Assembly: GCA_051313645.2 (NCBI GenBank) | Contig: JBNRSN020000073.1 | Location: forward strand, 4,402,001 to 4,466,000 | Origin: Centroscyllium fabricii | Lineage: Eukaryota | DNA length: 64,000 bases | Direction: 5' to 3' | Part shown: in pieces, positions 27,850-43,342 of the stretch | Numbering within the stretch: the stretch's first letter is position 1 | Layout of the letters: each line of letters opens with the position of its first letter | Position numbers and translations under genes: made by a program | The notes under the pieces: model-generated | Database searches by the model: none | What the model was told of the DNA's origin: nothing | Seen by the model: only the letters and a program-made list of their open reading frames with translations

Positions 27850-30800
27850 CATCAGAATATATTCACAATACACTGCAATCTGGATCAGTATTAGAGAGCA
27901 TCAGAATATATACACAATACCCTGCAATCTTGTTCAGTAATAGAGAGCGTTGGAATATATTCACAATACCCTGCAATTCGGTTCAGTAATTGAGAGCATC
28001 AGAATATATTCACAATACCTGCAATCTGGTTCAGTATTAGAGTTCATCAGAATATATTCACAATACACTGCTATCTGGTTCAGTAATAGAGTTCATCAGA
28101 ATATATTCACAATACCTTGCAATCTTGTTCAGTAATAGAGTGCATCAGAATATATTCACAATACCCTGCAATCTGGTTCAGTAATAGAGTGCATTGGAAT
28201 ATATTCACAATACCCTGCAATCTGGTTCAGTAATGGAGAGCGTTGGAATATATTTTCAATACCCTGCAATCTGGTTCAGTAATAGAGAGCATTTGAATAT
28301 ATTCACAATACCCTGCAATCTGGTTCAGTAATAGAGCGCATCAGAAAATATTCACAATACCCTGCAATCTGGTTCAGTAATAGAGTGCATCAGAATATAT
28401 TCACAATACCCTGCAATTTGGTTCAGTAATAGAGTACATATGAATATATTCACAATAACCTGCAATCTGGTTCAGTAATAGAGAGCGTTGGAATATATTC
28501 ACAATAACCTGCAATCTGGTTCAGTAATAGAGTGCATCCGAATATATTCACAATACCCTGCAATCTGGTTCAGTAATCGAGCGCATCGGAATATATTTAC
28601 AATACCCAGCAATCTGGTTCAGTAAAAGAGAGCATTGGAATATATTCACAATACCCTGCAATCTTGTTCATTAATAGTGAGCGTTGGAATATATTCACAA
28701 TAACCTGCAATGTGGTTCAGTATTAGAGTGCATCAGAATATATTTACAATACCCTGCAATCAGGTTCAGTAATAGAGCGCATCGGAATATATTCACAATA
28801 CCCTGCAATCTGTTTCAGTAATAGAGTGCATCAGAATATATTCACAATACCCTGCAATCTGTTTCAGTATTAGAGAGCATCAGAATATATTCACAATACC
28901 CTGCAATCTGGTTCAGTATTAGAGTTCATCAGAGTATATTCACAATACCTTGCAATCTGGTTCAGTAATAGAGTGCATCAGAATATATTCACAATGCTCT
29001 GCAATCTGGTTTAGTAATAGAAAACATCAGAATATATTCACAATAACCTGCAATTTGGTTCACTAATAGAGTGCATCAGAATAAATTCACAATACCCTGC
29101 AATCTGGTTCAGTAATAGAGTGCATCAGAATATATTCACAATACCCTGCAATCTGGATCAGTATTAGAGAGCATCAGAATATATTCACTATACCCTGCAA
29201 TCTGGTTCAGTAATAGAGAGCGCATCAGAATATATTCACAATACCATGCAATCTGGTTGAGTAATAGAGTGCTTCAGAATATATTCACAATACCCTGCAA
29301 TCTGGTTCAGTAATAGAGTGCATCAGGATATATTCACAATACCCTGCAATCTGGTTCAGTATTAGAGTGCATCAGAATATATTCATAATACCCTGCAATC
29401 TGGTTCAGTAATCGAGCGCATCGGAATATATTCACAATACCCTGCAATGTGGTTCAGTAATAGAGTGCATCGGAATATATTCACAATACACTGCAATCTG
29501 GTTCAGTAATAGAGTGCATCGGAATATATTCACAATATTCTGCAATCTGGTTCAGTAATAGAGTGCATCAGAATATATTCACAATAAACTGCAATCTGGA
29601 TCAGTATTAGAGAGCATCAGAATATATACACAATACCCTGCAATCTTGTTCAGTAATAGAGAGCATTGGAATATATTCACAATACCCTGCAATTCGGTTC
29701 AGTAATTGAGAGCATCAGAATATATTCACAATACCTGCAATCTGGTTCAGTATTAGAGTTCATCAGAATATATTCACAATACACTGCTATCTGGTTCAGT
29801 AATAGAGTTCATCAGAATATATTCACAATACCTTGCAATCTTGTTCAGTAATAGAGTGCATCAGAATATATTCACAATACCCTGCAATCTGGTTCAGTAA
29901 TAGAGGGCATTGGAATATATTCACAATACCCTGCAATCAGGTTCAGTAATGGAGAGCGTTGGAATATATTTTCAATACCCTGCAATCTGGTTCAGTAATA
30001 GAGAGCATTTGAATATATTCACAATACCCTGCAATCTGGTTCAGTAATAGAGCGCATCAGAAAATATTCACAATACCCTGCAATCTGGTTCAGTAATAGA
30101 GTGCATCAGAATATATTCACAATACCCTGCAATTTGGTTCAGTAATAGAGAGCATTTGAATATATTCACAATAACCTGCAATCTGGTTCAGTAATAGAGA
30201 GCGTTGGAATATATTCACAATACCCTGCAATCTGGTTCAGTAATAGAGTGCATCCGAATATATTCACAATACCCTGCAATCTGGTTCAGTAATCGAGCGC
30301 ATCGGAATATATTTACAATACCCTGCAATCTGGTTCAGTAAAAGAGAGCATTGGAATATATTCACAATACCCTGCAATCTGGTTAATTAATAGTGAGCGT
30401 TGGAATATATTCACAATACCCTGCAATGTGGTTCAGTATTAGAGTGCATCAGAATATATTTACAATACCCTGCAATCAGGTTCAGTAATAGAGCGCATCG
30501 GAATATATTCACAATACCCTGCAATCTGGTTCAGTAATAGAATGCATCAGAATATATTCACAATACCCTGCAATCTGTTTCAGTATTAGAGAGCATCAGA
30601 ATATATTCACAATACCCTGCAATCTGGTTCAGTATTAGAGTTCATCAGAGTATATTCACAATACCTTGCAATCTGGTTCAGTAATAGAGTGCATCAGAAT
30701 ATATTCACAATGCCCTGCAATCTGGTTTATTAATAGAAAACATCAGAATATATTCAGAATACCCTGCAATTTGGTTCACTAATAGAGTGCATCAGAATAT

Positions 30801-31250
30801 ATTCACAATACCCTGCAATCTGGTTCAGTAATAGAGAGCATCAGAATATATTCACAATACCCTGCAATCTGGATCAGTATTAGAGAGCATCAGAATATAT
30901 TCACAATACCCTGCAATCTGGCTCAGTAATAGAGAGCGCATCAGAATATATTCACAATACCCTGCAATCTGGTTGATTAATAGAGTGCTTCAGAATATAT
31001 TCACAATACCCTGCAATCTGGTTCAGTAATAGAGTGCATCAGGATATATTCACAATACCCTGCAATCTGGTTCAGTATTAGAGTGCATCAGAATATATTC
31101 ATAATACCCTGCAATCTGGTTCAGTAATCGAGCGCATCGGAATATATTTACAATACCCTGCAATCTGGTTCAGTAAAAGAGAGCATTGGAATATATTCAC
31201 AATACCCTGCAATCTGGTTCAGTAATAGTGAGCGTTGGAATATATTCACA
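27850..31250 (+). repeat. 1716-bp tandem duplication within the satellite (about 35 monomers)
   Basis: Identical pseudo-ORFs at 27950 and 29666 and shared variant monomers such as GCAATTCGGTTCAGTAATTGAG. Boundaries are approximate. Confidence 0.75.
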
Positions 31251-31832
31251 ATACTCTGCAATGTGGTTCAGTAATAGAGTGCATCAGAATATATTCACAA
31301 TACCCTGCAATCTGGTTCAGTAATAGAGCGCATCGGAATATATTCACAATATTCTGCAATCTGGTTCAGTAAAAGAGTGCATCAGAATATATTCACTATG
31401 CCCTGCAATCTGGTTTAGTAATAGAGAACATCAGAATATATTCAGAATACCCTGCAATCTGGTTCACTAATAGAGTGCATCAGAATATATTCACAATACC
31501 CTGCAATCTGGTTCAGTAATAGAGTGCATCAGAATATATTCACAATACCCTGCAATCTGGATCAGTATTAGAGAGCATCAGAATATATTCACAATACCCT
31601 GCAATCTGGTTCAGTAATAGAGAGCGCATCAGAATATATTCACAATACCCTGCAATGTGGTTCAGTAATAGAGCGCATCGGAATATATTCACAATTTTCT
31701 GCAATCTGGTTCATTAATAGATTGCATCAGAATATATTCACAATACCCTGCAATCTGTTTCAGTATTAGAGAGCATCAGAATATATTCACAATAGCCTGC
31801 AATCTGGTTCAGTCATACTGTGCATCAGAATA

Positions 31833-32798
31833 GTGTGCTCATTTTCTGAGTGGCAGCCGGTGACTAGTGGAGTACCGCAGGGGTCTGTCCTGGGACCTCA
31901 GCTGTTTACAATATATATTAATGATCTGGATCAGGGAATTGAATGTAATATCTCCAAATTCGCGGATGACACCAAATTTGGAGGGGGGGCCGGCTCTGAA
32001 GAGGGTGTCAGGAAGTTACAGGGCGATTTGGATAAGTTGGGGGACTGGGCAGATAGATGGCAGATGCACTATAATGTGGATAAATGTGAGGTTATCCACT
32101 TTAAGGGCAAAAACAGGAGGGTAGATAACTACTTAAATGGCAATAGATTGGGAGATAGGGAGGTGCAGAGAGACATGGGTGTTCTTGTGAACCAGTCGCT
32201 GAAGGCAAGCACGCAGGTGCAGCAGGCGGTTGGGAAGGCAAATGGTATGTTGGCCTTCATATCAAGAGGGTTCGAGTATAGGATTAAGGATACCTTACTG
32301 CAGCTGTACAAGGCACTGGTGAGACCACACCTCGAGTGTGGTGTACAGTTCTGGTCGCCTCGCCTGAGGAAGGATGTTCTTGCCATGGAAGGAGTGCAGC
32401 GGCGTTTCACCAGACTGATTCCTGGAATGGCAAGAATGACCTACGAAGAGAGATTGTGTAGTCTGGGCTTGTACTCGTTGGAGTTTAGAAGATTGAGAGG
32501 CGATCTCATTGAGACGTATAAAATTCTGAAATGTCTGGACAGGTTAGATTCAGAGAGAATGTTTCCAATGGCGGGGGAGTCCAGAACCAGGGGCCACAGT
32601 CTAAGGATAAGGGGTAAACCATTTAGGACAGACATGAGGAAGAATTTCTTCACTCAGAGAGTGGTGGGCGTGTGGAATTCCCTGCCACAGAGGGCGGTGG
32701 AGGCCAGTTCATTAAACATATACAAGAGGGAATTGTATATAATTCTTCAAGCTAAAGGGATTAAAGGTTATGGAGAAAAGGCGGGGACGGGGTACTAG
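31833..32798 (+). pseudogene. CR1 ORF2 RT C-terminal fragment
   Basis: ORF track 321 aa; it begins at the truncation junction and has no endonuclease domain. Confidence 0.9.
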
Positions 32799-32891
32799 CT
32801 TGCTAAAGATCAGCCATGATCTCATTGAATGGCGGAGCTGGCTCGAAGGGCTGAATGGCCTACTCCTGCTCCTATCTTCTATTATTCTATG
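31833..32891 (+). mobile_element. 5'-truncated CR1-clade LINE, subfamily B, copy 1
   Basis: 321-aa RT fragment (GVPQGSVLGP, FADDTK), 3' stem-loop, ATTCTATG-type tail. GAATA lies on both sides. Confidence 0.95.
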
Positions 32892-35800
32892 AATATATTC
32901 TCAATACCCTGCAATCTGGTTAAGTATTAGAGTGCATCAGAATATATTCAAAATACCCTGCAATCTGGTTCAGTAATAGAGTGCATCAGAATATATTCAC
33001 AATACCCTGCAATCTGGTTCAGTATTAGTGTGCATCAGAATATATTCACAATACCTTGCAATCTGGTTCAGTAATAGAGTGGATCTGAATATATTCACAA
33101 TACCCTGCAATCAGGTTCAGTAATAGAGCGCGTTGGAATATATTCACAATACACTGCAATCTGGTTCAGTAATAGAGTGCACCAAAATATATTCACAATA
33201 CACTGCAATCTGGTTCAGTAATAGAGAGCATCAGAATATATTCACAATACCTTGCAATCTGGTTCAGTAATAGAGTGCTTCAGAATATATTCACGATACC
33301 CTGCAATCTGGTTCAGTAATAGAGAGCGTTGGAATATATTCACAATACCCCGCTATCTAGTTCAGTAATAGAGCGCATCAGAATATATTCACAATACCTT
33401 GCAATCTGGTTCAGTAATAGAGTGCATCGGAATATATTCACAATACCCTGCAATCTGGTTCAGTAATAGAGAGCATCAGAATATATTCACAATAACATGC
33501 AACCTGGTTCAGTAATAGAGCGCATCAGAATATATTCACAATACACTGCAATCTGGTTCAGTAATAGAGTGCATCAGAATATATTCACAATACACTGCAA
33601 TCTGGATCAGTATTAGAGAGCATCAGAAAATATTCACAATACCCTGCAATCTGGTTCAGTAATAGAGAGCGCCTCAGAATATATTCACAATACCCTGCAA
33701 TCTGGTTCAGTAATAGAGTGCATCAGAATATATTCACAATACCCTGCAATCTGGTTCAGTAATAGAGTTCATCAGAATATATTCACAATACCTTGCAATC
33801 TGGTTCAGTAATAGAGTGCATCAGAATATATTCACAATACCCTGCAATCTGGTTCAGTAATAGAGGGCATTGGAATATATTCACAATACCCTGCAATCTG
33901 GTTCAGTAATAGAGCGCATTGGAATATATTCACAATATCCTGCAATCTGGTTCAGTAATAGAGTGCATCGGAATATATTCACAATACACTGCAATCTGCT
34001 TTAGTAATAGAGCGCATCGGAATATATTCACAATAACCTGCAATCTGGTTCAGTAATAGAGAGCGTTGGAATATATTCACAATAACCCGCTATCTAGTTC
34101 AGTAATAGAGCGCATCAGAATATATTCACATACCTTGCAATCTGGTTCAGTAATAGAGCACATCACAATATATTCACAATACCCTGCAATCTGGTTCAGT
34201 AATAGAGAGCATCAGAATATATTCACAATAACATGCAACCTGGTTCAGTAATAGAGCACATCAGAATATATTCACAATAGCTTGCAATCTGGTTCAGTAG
34301 TAGAGTTCATCGGAATATATTCATAATACATTGCTATCTGATTCAGTAATAGAGAGCATTGGAATATATTCACAATACCCTGCAATCTGGTTCAGTAATA
34401 GAGCACATCAGAATTTATTCACAATACCTTGCAATCTGGTTCAGTAATAGAGTGCATCAGAATAAATTCAGAATGCCCTGCAATCTGGTTTAGTAATAGA
34501 GAACATCAGAATATATTCAGAATACCCTGCAATCTGGTTTACTAATAGAGTGCATCAGAATATATTCACAGTACCCTGCAATCTGGTTCATTAATAGAGT
34601 GCATCAGAATATATTCACAATACCCTGCAATCTGGATCAGTATTAGAGAGCATCAGAATATATTCACAATACCCTGCAATCTGGTTCAGTATTAGAGTGC
34701 ATCAGAATATATTCAGAGTACCCTGCAAACATGTTCAGTAATAGAGAGTGTTGGAATATATTCACAATACCCTGCAATCCGGTTCAGTAATTGAGAGCAC
34801 CAGAACATATTCACAATACCTGCAATGTGGTTCAGTATTAGAGTTCATCAGAATATATTCACAATACCCTGCAATCTGGTTCAGTATTAGAGTTCATCAG
34901 AATATATTCACAATACCTTGCAATCTGGTTCAGTAATAGAGTGCATCAGAATATATTCACAATAGCCTGCAATCTGGTTCAGTAATAGAGGGCATTGGAA
35001 TATATTCACAATACCCTGCAATCTGGTTCAGTAATAGAGCGCGTTGGAATATATTCACAATATCCTGCAATCTGGTTCAGTAATAGAGTGCATCAGAATA
35101 TATTCACAATATCCTGCAATCTGGTTCAGTAATAGGGAGCATCAGAATATATTCACAATACCCTGCAATCTGGTTCAGTAATAGCGTGCATCAGAATATA
35201 TTCACAATACATTGCAATCTGGTTCAGTAATAGAGTGCATCAGTATATATTCACAATACCCTGCAATCTGGTTCAGTAATGGAGAGCGTTGGAATATATT
35301 CACAATACCCTGCAATCTGGTTCAGTAATAGAGAGCATTGGAATATATTCACAATACCCTGCAATCTGGTTCAGTAATAGAGCGCATCAGAAAATATTCT
35401 CAATACCCTGCAATCTGGTTCAATAATAGAGGCGCATCAGAATATATTCACAATAACTTGCAATATGGTTCAGTAATAGAGAGCATCAGAATATATTCAC
35501 AATACCCTGCAATCTGGTTCAGTAATAGAGAGCATCAGAATATATTCACAATACACCGCCATCTGGCTAAGTAATAGAGCGGGTTGGAATATATTCACAA
35601 TACCCTGCAATCTGGTTCAGTAATTGAGCGCATCAGAATATATTCACAATACCCTGCAATCTTGTTCAGTAATAGAGTGCGTCAGAATATATTCACAATA
35701 CGCTGCAATCTGGTTCATTAATAGAGCTCATCAGCATATATTCACAATACCCTGCAATCTGGTTCAGTAATAGATTGCATCAGAATTTATTCACAATAAC

Positions 35801-36671
35801 CTGCAATCTGGTTCAGTATTAGAGTGCATCAGAATATATTCACAATACCCTGCAATCTGGTTCAGTAATAGAGAGCGCTTCAGAATATATTCACAATACC
35901 CTGCCATCTGTTTCAATAATAGAGAGCGTCAGAATATATTCACAATACCCTGCAATCTGGTTCAGTATCAGAGTGCATCAGAATATATTCACATTAACCT
36001 GCAATCAAGTTCAGTAATAGAGAGCATCAGAATATATTCACAATAACCTGTAAACTGATTCAGTAACAGAGTGCATCAGAATATATTCACAATACCCTGC
36101 AATCTGGTTCAGTAATAGAGTGCATCAGAATATATTCACAATACCCTGCAATTTGGTTCAGTAATAGAGAGCATTTGAATATATTCACAATACCCTGCAA
36201 TCTGGTTCAGTAATAGAGAGCGTTGGAATATATTCACAATACCCTGCAATCTGGTTCAGTAATAGAGTGCATCAGAATATATTCACAATACCCTGCAATC
36301 TGGTTCAGTAATCGAGCACATCAGAATATATTCACAATACCCTGCAATCTGGTTCAGTAAAAGAGAGCATTGGAATATATTCACAATACCCTGCAATCTG
36401 GTTCAGTAATAGTGAGCGTTGGAATATATTCACAATACCCTGCAATGTGGTTCAGTAATAGAGTGCATCAGAATATATTCACAATAACCTGCAATCTGGT
36501 TCAGTAATAGAGCGCATCGGAATATATTCACAATACCCTGCAATCTGGTTCAGTAATAGAGTGCATCTGAATATATTCACAATAGCCTGCAATCTGTTTC
36601 AGTATTAGAGAGCATCAGAATATATTCACAATAGCCTGCAATCTGGTTCAGTAATAGTGTGCATCAGAATA

Positions 36672-37731
36672 GTGTGCTCATTTTCTGAGTGGCAGCCGGT
36701 GACTAGTGGAGTACTGCAGCGGTCTGTCCTGGGACCTCAGCTGTTTACAATATATATTAATGATCTGGATCAGGGAATTGAATGTAATATCTCCAAATTC
36801 GCGGATGACACCAAATTAGGAGGGGGGGGCAGACTCTGAAGAGGGTGTCAGGAAGTTACAGGGCGATTTGGATAAGTTGGGGGACTGGGCAGATAGATGG
36901 CAGATGCACTATAATGTGGATAAATGTGAGGTTATCCACTTTGGGGGCAAAAACAGGAGGGTAGATTACTACTTAAATGGCAATAGATTGGGAGATGGGG
37001 AGGTGCAGAGAGACCTGGGTGTTCTTGTGCACCAGTCGCTGAAGGCGAGCACGCAGGTGCAGCAGGCGGTTGGGAAGGCAAATGGTATGTTGGCCTTCAT
37101 ATCAAGAGGGTTCGAGTATAGGAATAAGGATTACTTACTGCAGCGGTACAAAGCACTGGTGAGACCACACCTCGAGTATTGTGTACAGTTCTGGTCGCCT
37201 CGCCTGAGGAAGGATGTTCTTGCCATGGAAGGAGTGCAGCGGCGTTTCACCAGACTGATTCCTGGAATGGCAAGAATGACCTACGAAGAGAGATTTTGTA
37301 GTCTGGGCTTGTACTCGTTGGAGTTTAGAAGATTGAGAGGCGATCTCATTGAGACGTATAAAATTCTGAAATGTCTGGACAGGTTAGATTCAGAGAGAAA
37401 GTTTCCAATGGTGGGGGAGTCCAGAACAAGGGGCCACAGTCTGAGGATAAGGGGTAAACCATTTAGGACAGACATGAGGAAGAATTTCTTCACTCAGAGA
37501 GTGGTGGGCCTGTGCAATTCCCTGCCACAGAGGGCGGTGGAGGCCTGTTCATTAAACATATACAAGAGGGAATTGGATATATTTCTTCAAGCTAAAGGGA
37601 TTAAAGGTTATGGATAAAAGGCGGGGACAGGGTACTAGCTTGCTAAAGATCAGCCATGACCTCATTGAATGGCGGAGCAGGCTCGAAGGGCTGAATGGCC
37701 TACTCCTGCTCCTATCTTCTATGATTCTATG
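36672..37731 (+). mobile_element. 5'-truncated CR1-clade LINE, subfamily B, copy 2 (duplicate of 31833-32891, offset 4839)
   Basis: Same junction CAGAATA|GTGTGCTC as copy 1. Extra G in the G-run near 36825 causes a frameshift; premature TAA at 37615-37617. Roughly 3% divergent from copy 1 by eye. Confidence 0.95.
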
Positions 37732-40700
37732 AATATATTCACAATACCCTGCAATCTGGTTCAGTATTAGAGTGCATCAGAATATATTCACAATAACCTG
37801 CAATCTGGTTCAGTATTAGAGCGCATCAGAATATATTCACAATACCCTGCAATCTGGTGCAGTAATAGAGCGCATGGGAATATATTCACAATACCCTGCA
37901 ATCTGGTTCAGTATTAGAGTGCATCAGAATATATTCACAATACCTTGCAATCTGGTTCAGTAATAGAATGGATCAGAATATATTCACAATACCCTGCAAT
38001 CAGGTTCAGCAATAGAGCGCATTGGAATATATTCACAATAACCTGCAATCTAGTTCAGTAATAGAGCGCATCAGAATATATTTTCAATAACTTGCAATCT
38101 GGTTCAGTAATTGAGCGCATCAGAATATATTCACAATACCCTGCAATCTGGTTTTGTAATAGAGTGCATCACAATATATTCACAATACCCTGCAATCTGG
38201 TTCAGTAATAGAGAGCATTTGAATATTTTCACAATACCCTGCAATATGGTTCAGTAATAGAGTGCATCAGAATATATTCACAATACCCTGCAATATGGTT
38301 CAGTAATCGAGCGCATCAGAATATATTCACAATACACTGCAATCTGCTTCAATAATAGAGAGCGTTGGAATATATTCACAATACCCTGCAATCTGGTTCA
38401 GTAATAGTTAGCCTTGGAATATATTTACAATAGCCTGCAATCTGGTTCAGTAATAGAGTGCATCAGAATATATTCACAATACCCTGCAATCTGGATCAAT
38501 ATTAGAGTGCATCAGAATATATTCACAATAACCTGCAATCTGGTTCAGTAATAGAGCGCATGGGAATATATTCACAATACCCTGCAATCTGGTTCAGTAA
38601 TAGAGCGCATCGGAATATATTCACAATAACCTGCAATCTTGTTCAGTAATAGAGAGCGTTCGAATATATACACAATACTCTGCAATCTGGTTCAGTAATA
38701 GAGAGTGTTGGAATATATTCACAATACCCTGCAATCTGGTTCAGTAATAGAGACAATCAGAATATATTCACAATACCCTGCAATCTGGTTCAGTAATAGA
38801 GAGCGTTGGAATATATTCACAATACCCTGCAATCTGGTTCAGTAATAGAGAGTGTTGGAATATATTCACAATAACCTGCTATCTGGTTCAGTAATAGAGC
38901 GCATCAGAATATATGCACAATACGCTGCAATCTGGTTCAGTATTAGAGTGCATCAGAATATATTCACAATACCCTGCAATCTGGTTCAGTAATAGAGTGC
39001 ACCACAATATATTCACAATACACTCCAATCTGGTTCAGTAATAGAGAGCATCAGAATGTATTCACAATACCTTGCAATCTGGTTCAGTAATAGAGTGCTT
39101 CAGAATATATTCACAATACACTGCAATCTGGTTCAGTAATAGAGTGCATCAGAATATATACACAATACCTTGCAATCCGGTTCAGTAATATAGTGCATCA
39201 GAATATATGCACAATACGCTGCAATCTGGTTCAGTATTAGAGTGCATCAGAATATATTCACAATACCCTGCAATCTGGTTCAGTAATAGAGTGCATCAGA
39301 ATATATTCACAATACCCTGCAATCTGGTTCAGTAATAGAGAGCATTGGAATATATTCACAATACACTGCAATCTGGTTCAGTAATAGAGAGCATCAGAAT
39401 ATATTCACAATAACCTGCAATCTGGTTCAGTAAAAGAGTGCATCAGAATATATTCACAATACCCTGCAATCTGTTTCAGTAATAGAGTGCATCAGAATAT
39501 ATTCACAATATCCTGCAATCTGGTTCAGTAATAGAGAGCATTGGAATATATTCACAATACCCTGCAATCTGGTTCAGTATTAGAGTGCATCAGAATATAT
39601 TCACAATAACCTGCAATCTGGTTCAGTAATAGAGTGCATCAGAATATATTCACAATACCCTGCAATCTGGTTCAGTAATAGAGTGCCTCAGAATATATTC
39701 ACAATACCCTGCAATCTGGTTCAGTAATAGAGTGCATCAGAATATATTCACAATACCCTGCAATCTGGTTCAGTATTAGAGTGCGTCAGAATATATTCAC
39801 AATACACTGCAATATGATTCAGTAATAGAGTGCATCAGAATATATTCACAAATCCCTGCAATCTGATTCAGTAATAGTGTGCATCAGAATATATTCACAA
39901 TACCCTGCAATGTGGTTCAGTACTAGAGAGGTTTGGAATATATTCACAATACCCTGCAATCTGGAACAGTATTACAGTGCATCAGAATATATTCACAATA
40001 CCCTGCAATCTTATTCAGTAATAGCGTGCATCAGAAGATATTCACAATACCATGCAAACTGGTTCAGTAATAGAGTGCATCAGAATATATTCACAATACC
40101 TTGCAATCTGGTTCAGTAATAGAGTGCATCAGGATATATTCACAATATCATGCCATCTGGTTCAGTAATAGAGTGCATCAGAATATATTCACAATACCCT
40201 GCAATCTGGTTCAGTAATAGAGAGCGTTGGAATATTCACAATACCCTGCAATCTGGTTCAGTATTAGAGTGCATCAGAATATATTCACAATACACTGCAA
40301 TCTGGTTGAGTAATAGAGTGCATCAGAATATATTCACAATACCCTGCAATCTGGTTCAGTAATAGAGTTTGTCAGAATATATTCACAATACCCTGCAATC
40401 TGGTTCAGTAATAGAGCATTGGAATATAATCACAATACCTTGCAATCTGGTTCAGTAATAGAGTGAATCAGAATTTATTCACAATACCTTGCAATCTGGT
40501 TCAGTAATAGAGTGCATCAGAATATATTCACAATACCCTGAAATATGGTTCAGTAATAGAGAACGTCAGAATATATTCACAATAACCTGCAATCTGGTTC
40601 AGTATTAGCGTGCGTCAGAATATATTTACAATACCCTGCAATCTGGTTCAGTAATAGAGTGCATCAGAATATATTCAGAATACCCTGCAATGAGTTTCAG

Positions 40701-43342
40701 TAATAGAGAGAGCATCGGAATATATTCACAACACCCTGCAATCTGGTTCAGTAATAGATTGCATCAGAATGTATTCACAATATCCTGCAATGTGGTTCAT
40801 TAATTGAGAGCATTGGAATATATTCACAATACCCTGCAATCTGGTTCAGTATTAGCGTGCATCAGAATATATTCAAAATAACTTGCAATCTGGTTCAGTA
40901 ATAGAGTGCATCAGAATATATTCACAATAACCTGCAATCTGGTTCAGTAATAGAGAGCGTTGGAATATATTCACAATACCCTGCAATCTGGTTCAGTATT
41001 AGAGTGCATCAGAATATATTCACAATAACATGCAATCTGGTTCAATAATAGAGGGCATCAGAATATATTCACAATAACCTGCAATCTGTTTCAGTAATAG
41101 AGTGCATCAGAATATATTGACAATACCCTGCAATATGATTCAGTAATAATGTGCATCAGAATATATTCACAATACCCTGCAATGTGTTTCAGTACTGGAG
41201 AGCGTTGGAATATATTCACAATACCCTGCAATCTGGAACAGTATTACAGTGCATCAGAATATATTCACAATACCCTGCAATCTGGTTCAGTAATAGCGTG
41301 CATCAGAATATATTCACAATACCCGGCAATCTGGTTCTGTAATAGAGTGTTGAAATATATTCACAATACATTGCAATCTGGTTCAGTAATAGAGTGAATC
41401 AGAATATATTCACAATACCTTGCAATCTGGTTCAGTAATAGAGTGCAGCAGGATATATTCACAATATCTTGCAATCTGGTTCAGTAATAGAGTACATCAG
41501 AATATATTCACAATACCCTGCAATCTGGTTCAGCAATAGAGAGCGTTGGAATATTCACAATACCCTGCAATCAGTTCAGTATTAGAGTGCATCAGAATAT
41601 ATTCACAATACCCAGCAATCTGGTTGAGTAATAGAGTGAATCAGAATATATTCACAATACCCTGCAATCTGGTTCATTAATAGAGTGCATCAGAATATAT
41701 TCACAATACCCTGCAATCTGGTTCAGTATTAGAGCGTTGGAATATATTCACATTACCTTGAAATCTGGTTCAGTAATAGAGTGAATCAGAATATATTCAC
41801 AATACATTGCAATCTGGTTCAGTAATAGAGTGCATCAGAATATATTCACAATACCCTGAAATCTGGTTCAGTAATAGAGAGCGTCAGAATATATTCAAAA
41901 TAAACTGCAATCTGGTTCAGTATTAGCGTGTGTCACAATATATTCACAATACCCTGCAATCTGGTTCAGTAATAAAGTGCATCAGAATATATTCACAATA
42001 CCTTGCATTCTGGTTCAGTAATAGAGTGCATCAGGATATATTCACAATATCTTGCAATCAGGTTCAGTAATAGAGTGCATCAGAATATATTCACAATACC
42101 CTGCAATCTAGTTCAGTAATAGAGAGCGTTGGAATATTCACAATACCCTGCAATCTGGTTCAGTAATAGAGTGCATCAGAATATATTCACAATACCCTGC
42201 AATCTGGTTGAGTAATAGAGTGCATCAGAATATATTCACAATATCCTGCAATCTGGTTCAGTAATAGAGTGCATCAGAATATATTCACAATACCCTGCAA
42301 TCTGGTTCAGTAACAGAGCATTGGAATATATTCACAATACCTTGCAATCTGGTTCAGTAATAGAGTGAATCAGAATATATTCACAATACCCAGCAATCTG
42401 GTTCAGTAATAGAGAGCATTGGAATATATACACAATAAACTGCAATCTGGTTCAGTAATAGAGAGCGCATTGGAATATATTCACAACACCCTGCAATCTG
42501 GTTCAGTAAAAGATTGCATCAGAATAAATTCACAATACCCTGCAATCTGATTCAGTAATAGAGTGCATCAGAATATATACACAATACCCTGCAATCTGTT
42601 TCAGTAATAGATAGCGCATTGGAATATTTTCACAACACCCTGCAATCTGGTTCAGTAAAAGAGTGCATCAGAATACATTCACAATACCCTGCAATCTGAT
42701 TCAGTAATAGAGTGCATCAGAATTTATTCACAATACCCTGCAATCTGGTTCAGTAATAGAGTGCCTCAGAATATATTCACAATACCCTGCAATCTGGTTC
42801 AGTAATAGTGTGCATCGGAATATATTCACAATAACCTGCAATCTGGTTCAGTATTAGAGTGCGTCAGAGTATATTCACAATAAACTGCAATCTGGTTCAG
42901 TAATAGAGTGCATCAGAATATATTCACAATACCCTGCAATCTGGTTCAGTAATAGAGTGAATCAGAATATATTCACAATACCCTGGAATATGATTAAGTA
43001 ATAATGTGCATCAGAATATATTCACAATAACCTGCAATGTGTTTCAGTACTGGAGAGCGTTGGAATATATTCACAATACCCTGCAATCTGGAACAGTATT
43101 ACAGTGCATCAGAATATATTCACAATAACCTGCAATCTGGTTCAGTAATAGCGTGCATCAGAATATATTCACAATACCCGGCAATCTGGTTCTGTAATAG
43201 AGTGTTGGAATATATTCACAATACATTGCAATCTGGTTCAGTAATAGAGTGAATCAGAATATATTCACAATACCTTGCAATCTGGTTCAGTAATAGAGTG
43301 CATCAGAATATATTTACAATACCCTGCAATCTGGTTCAGTAA

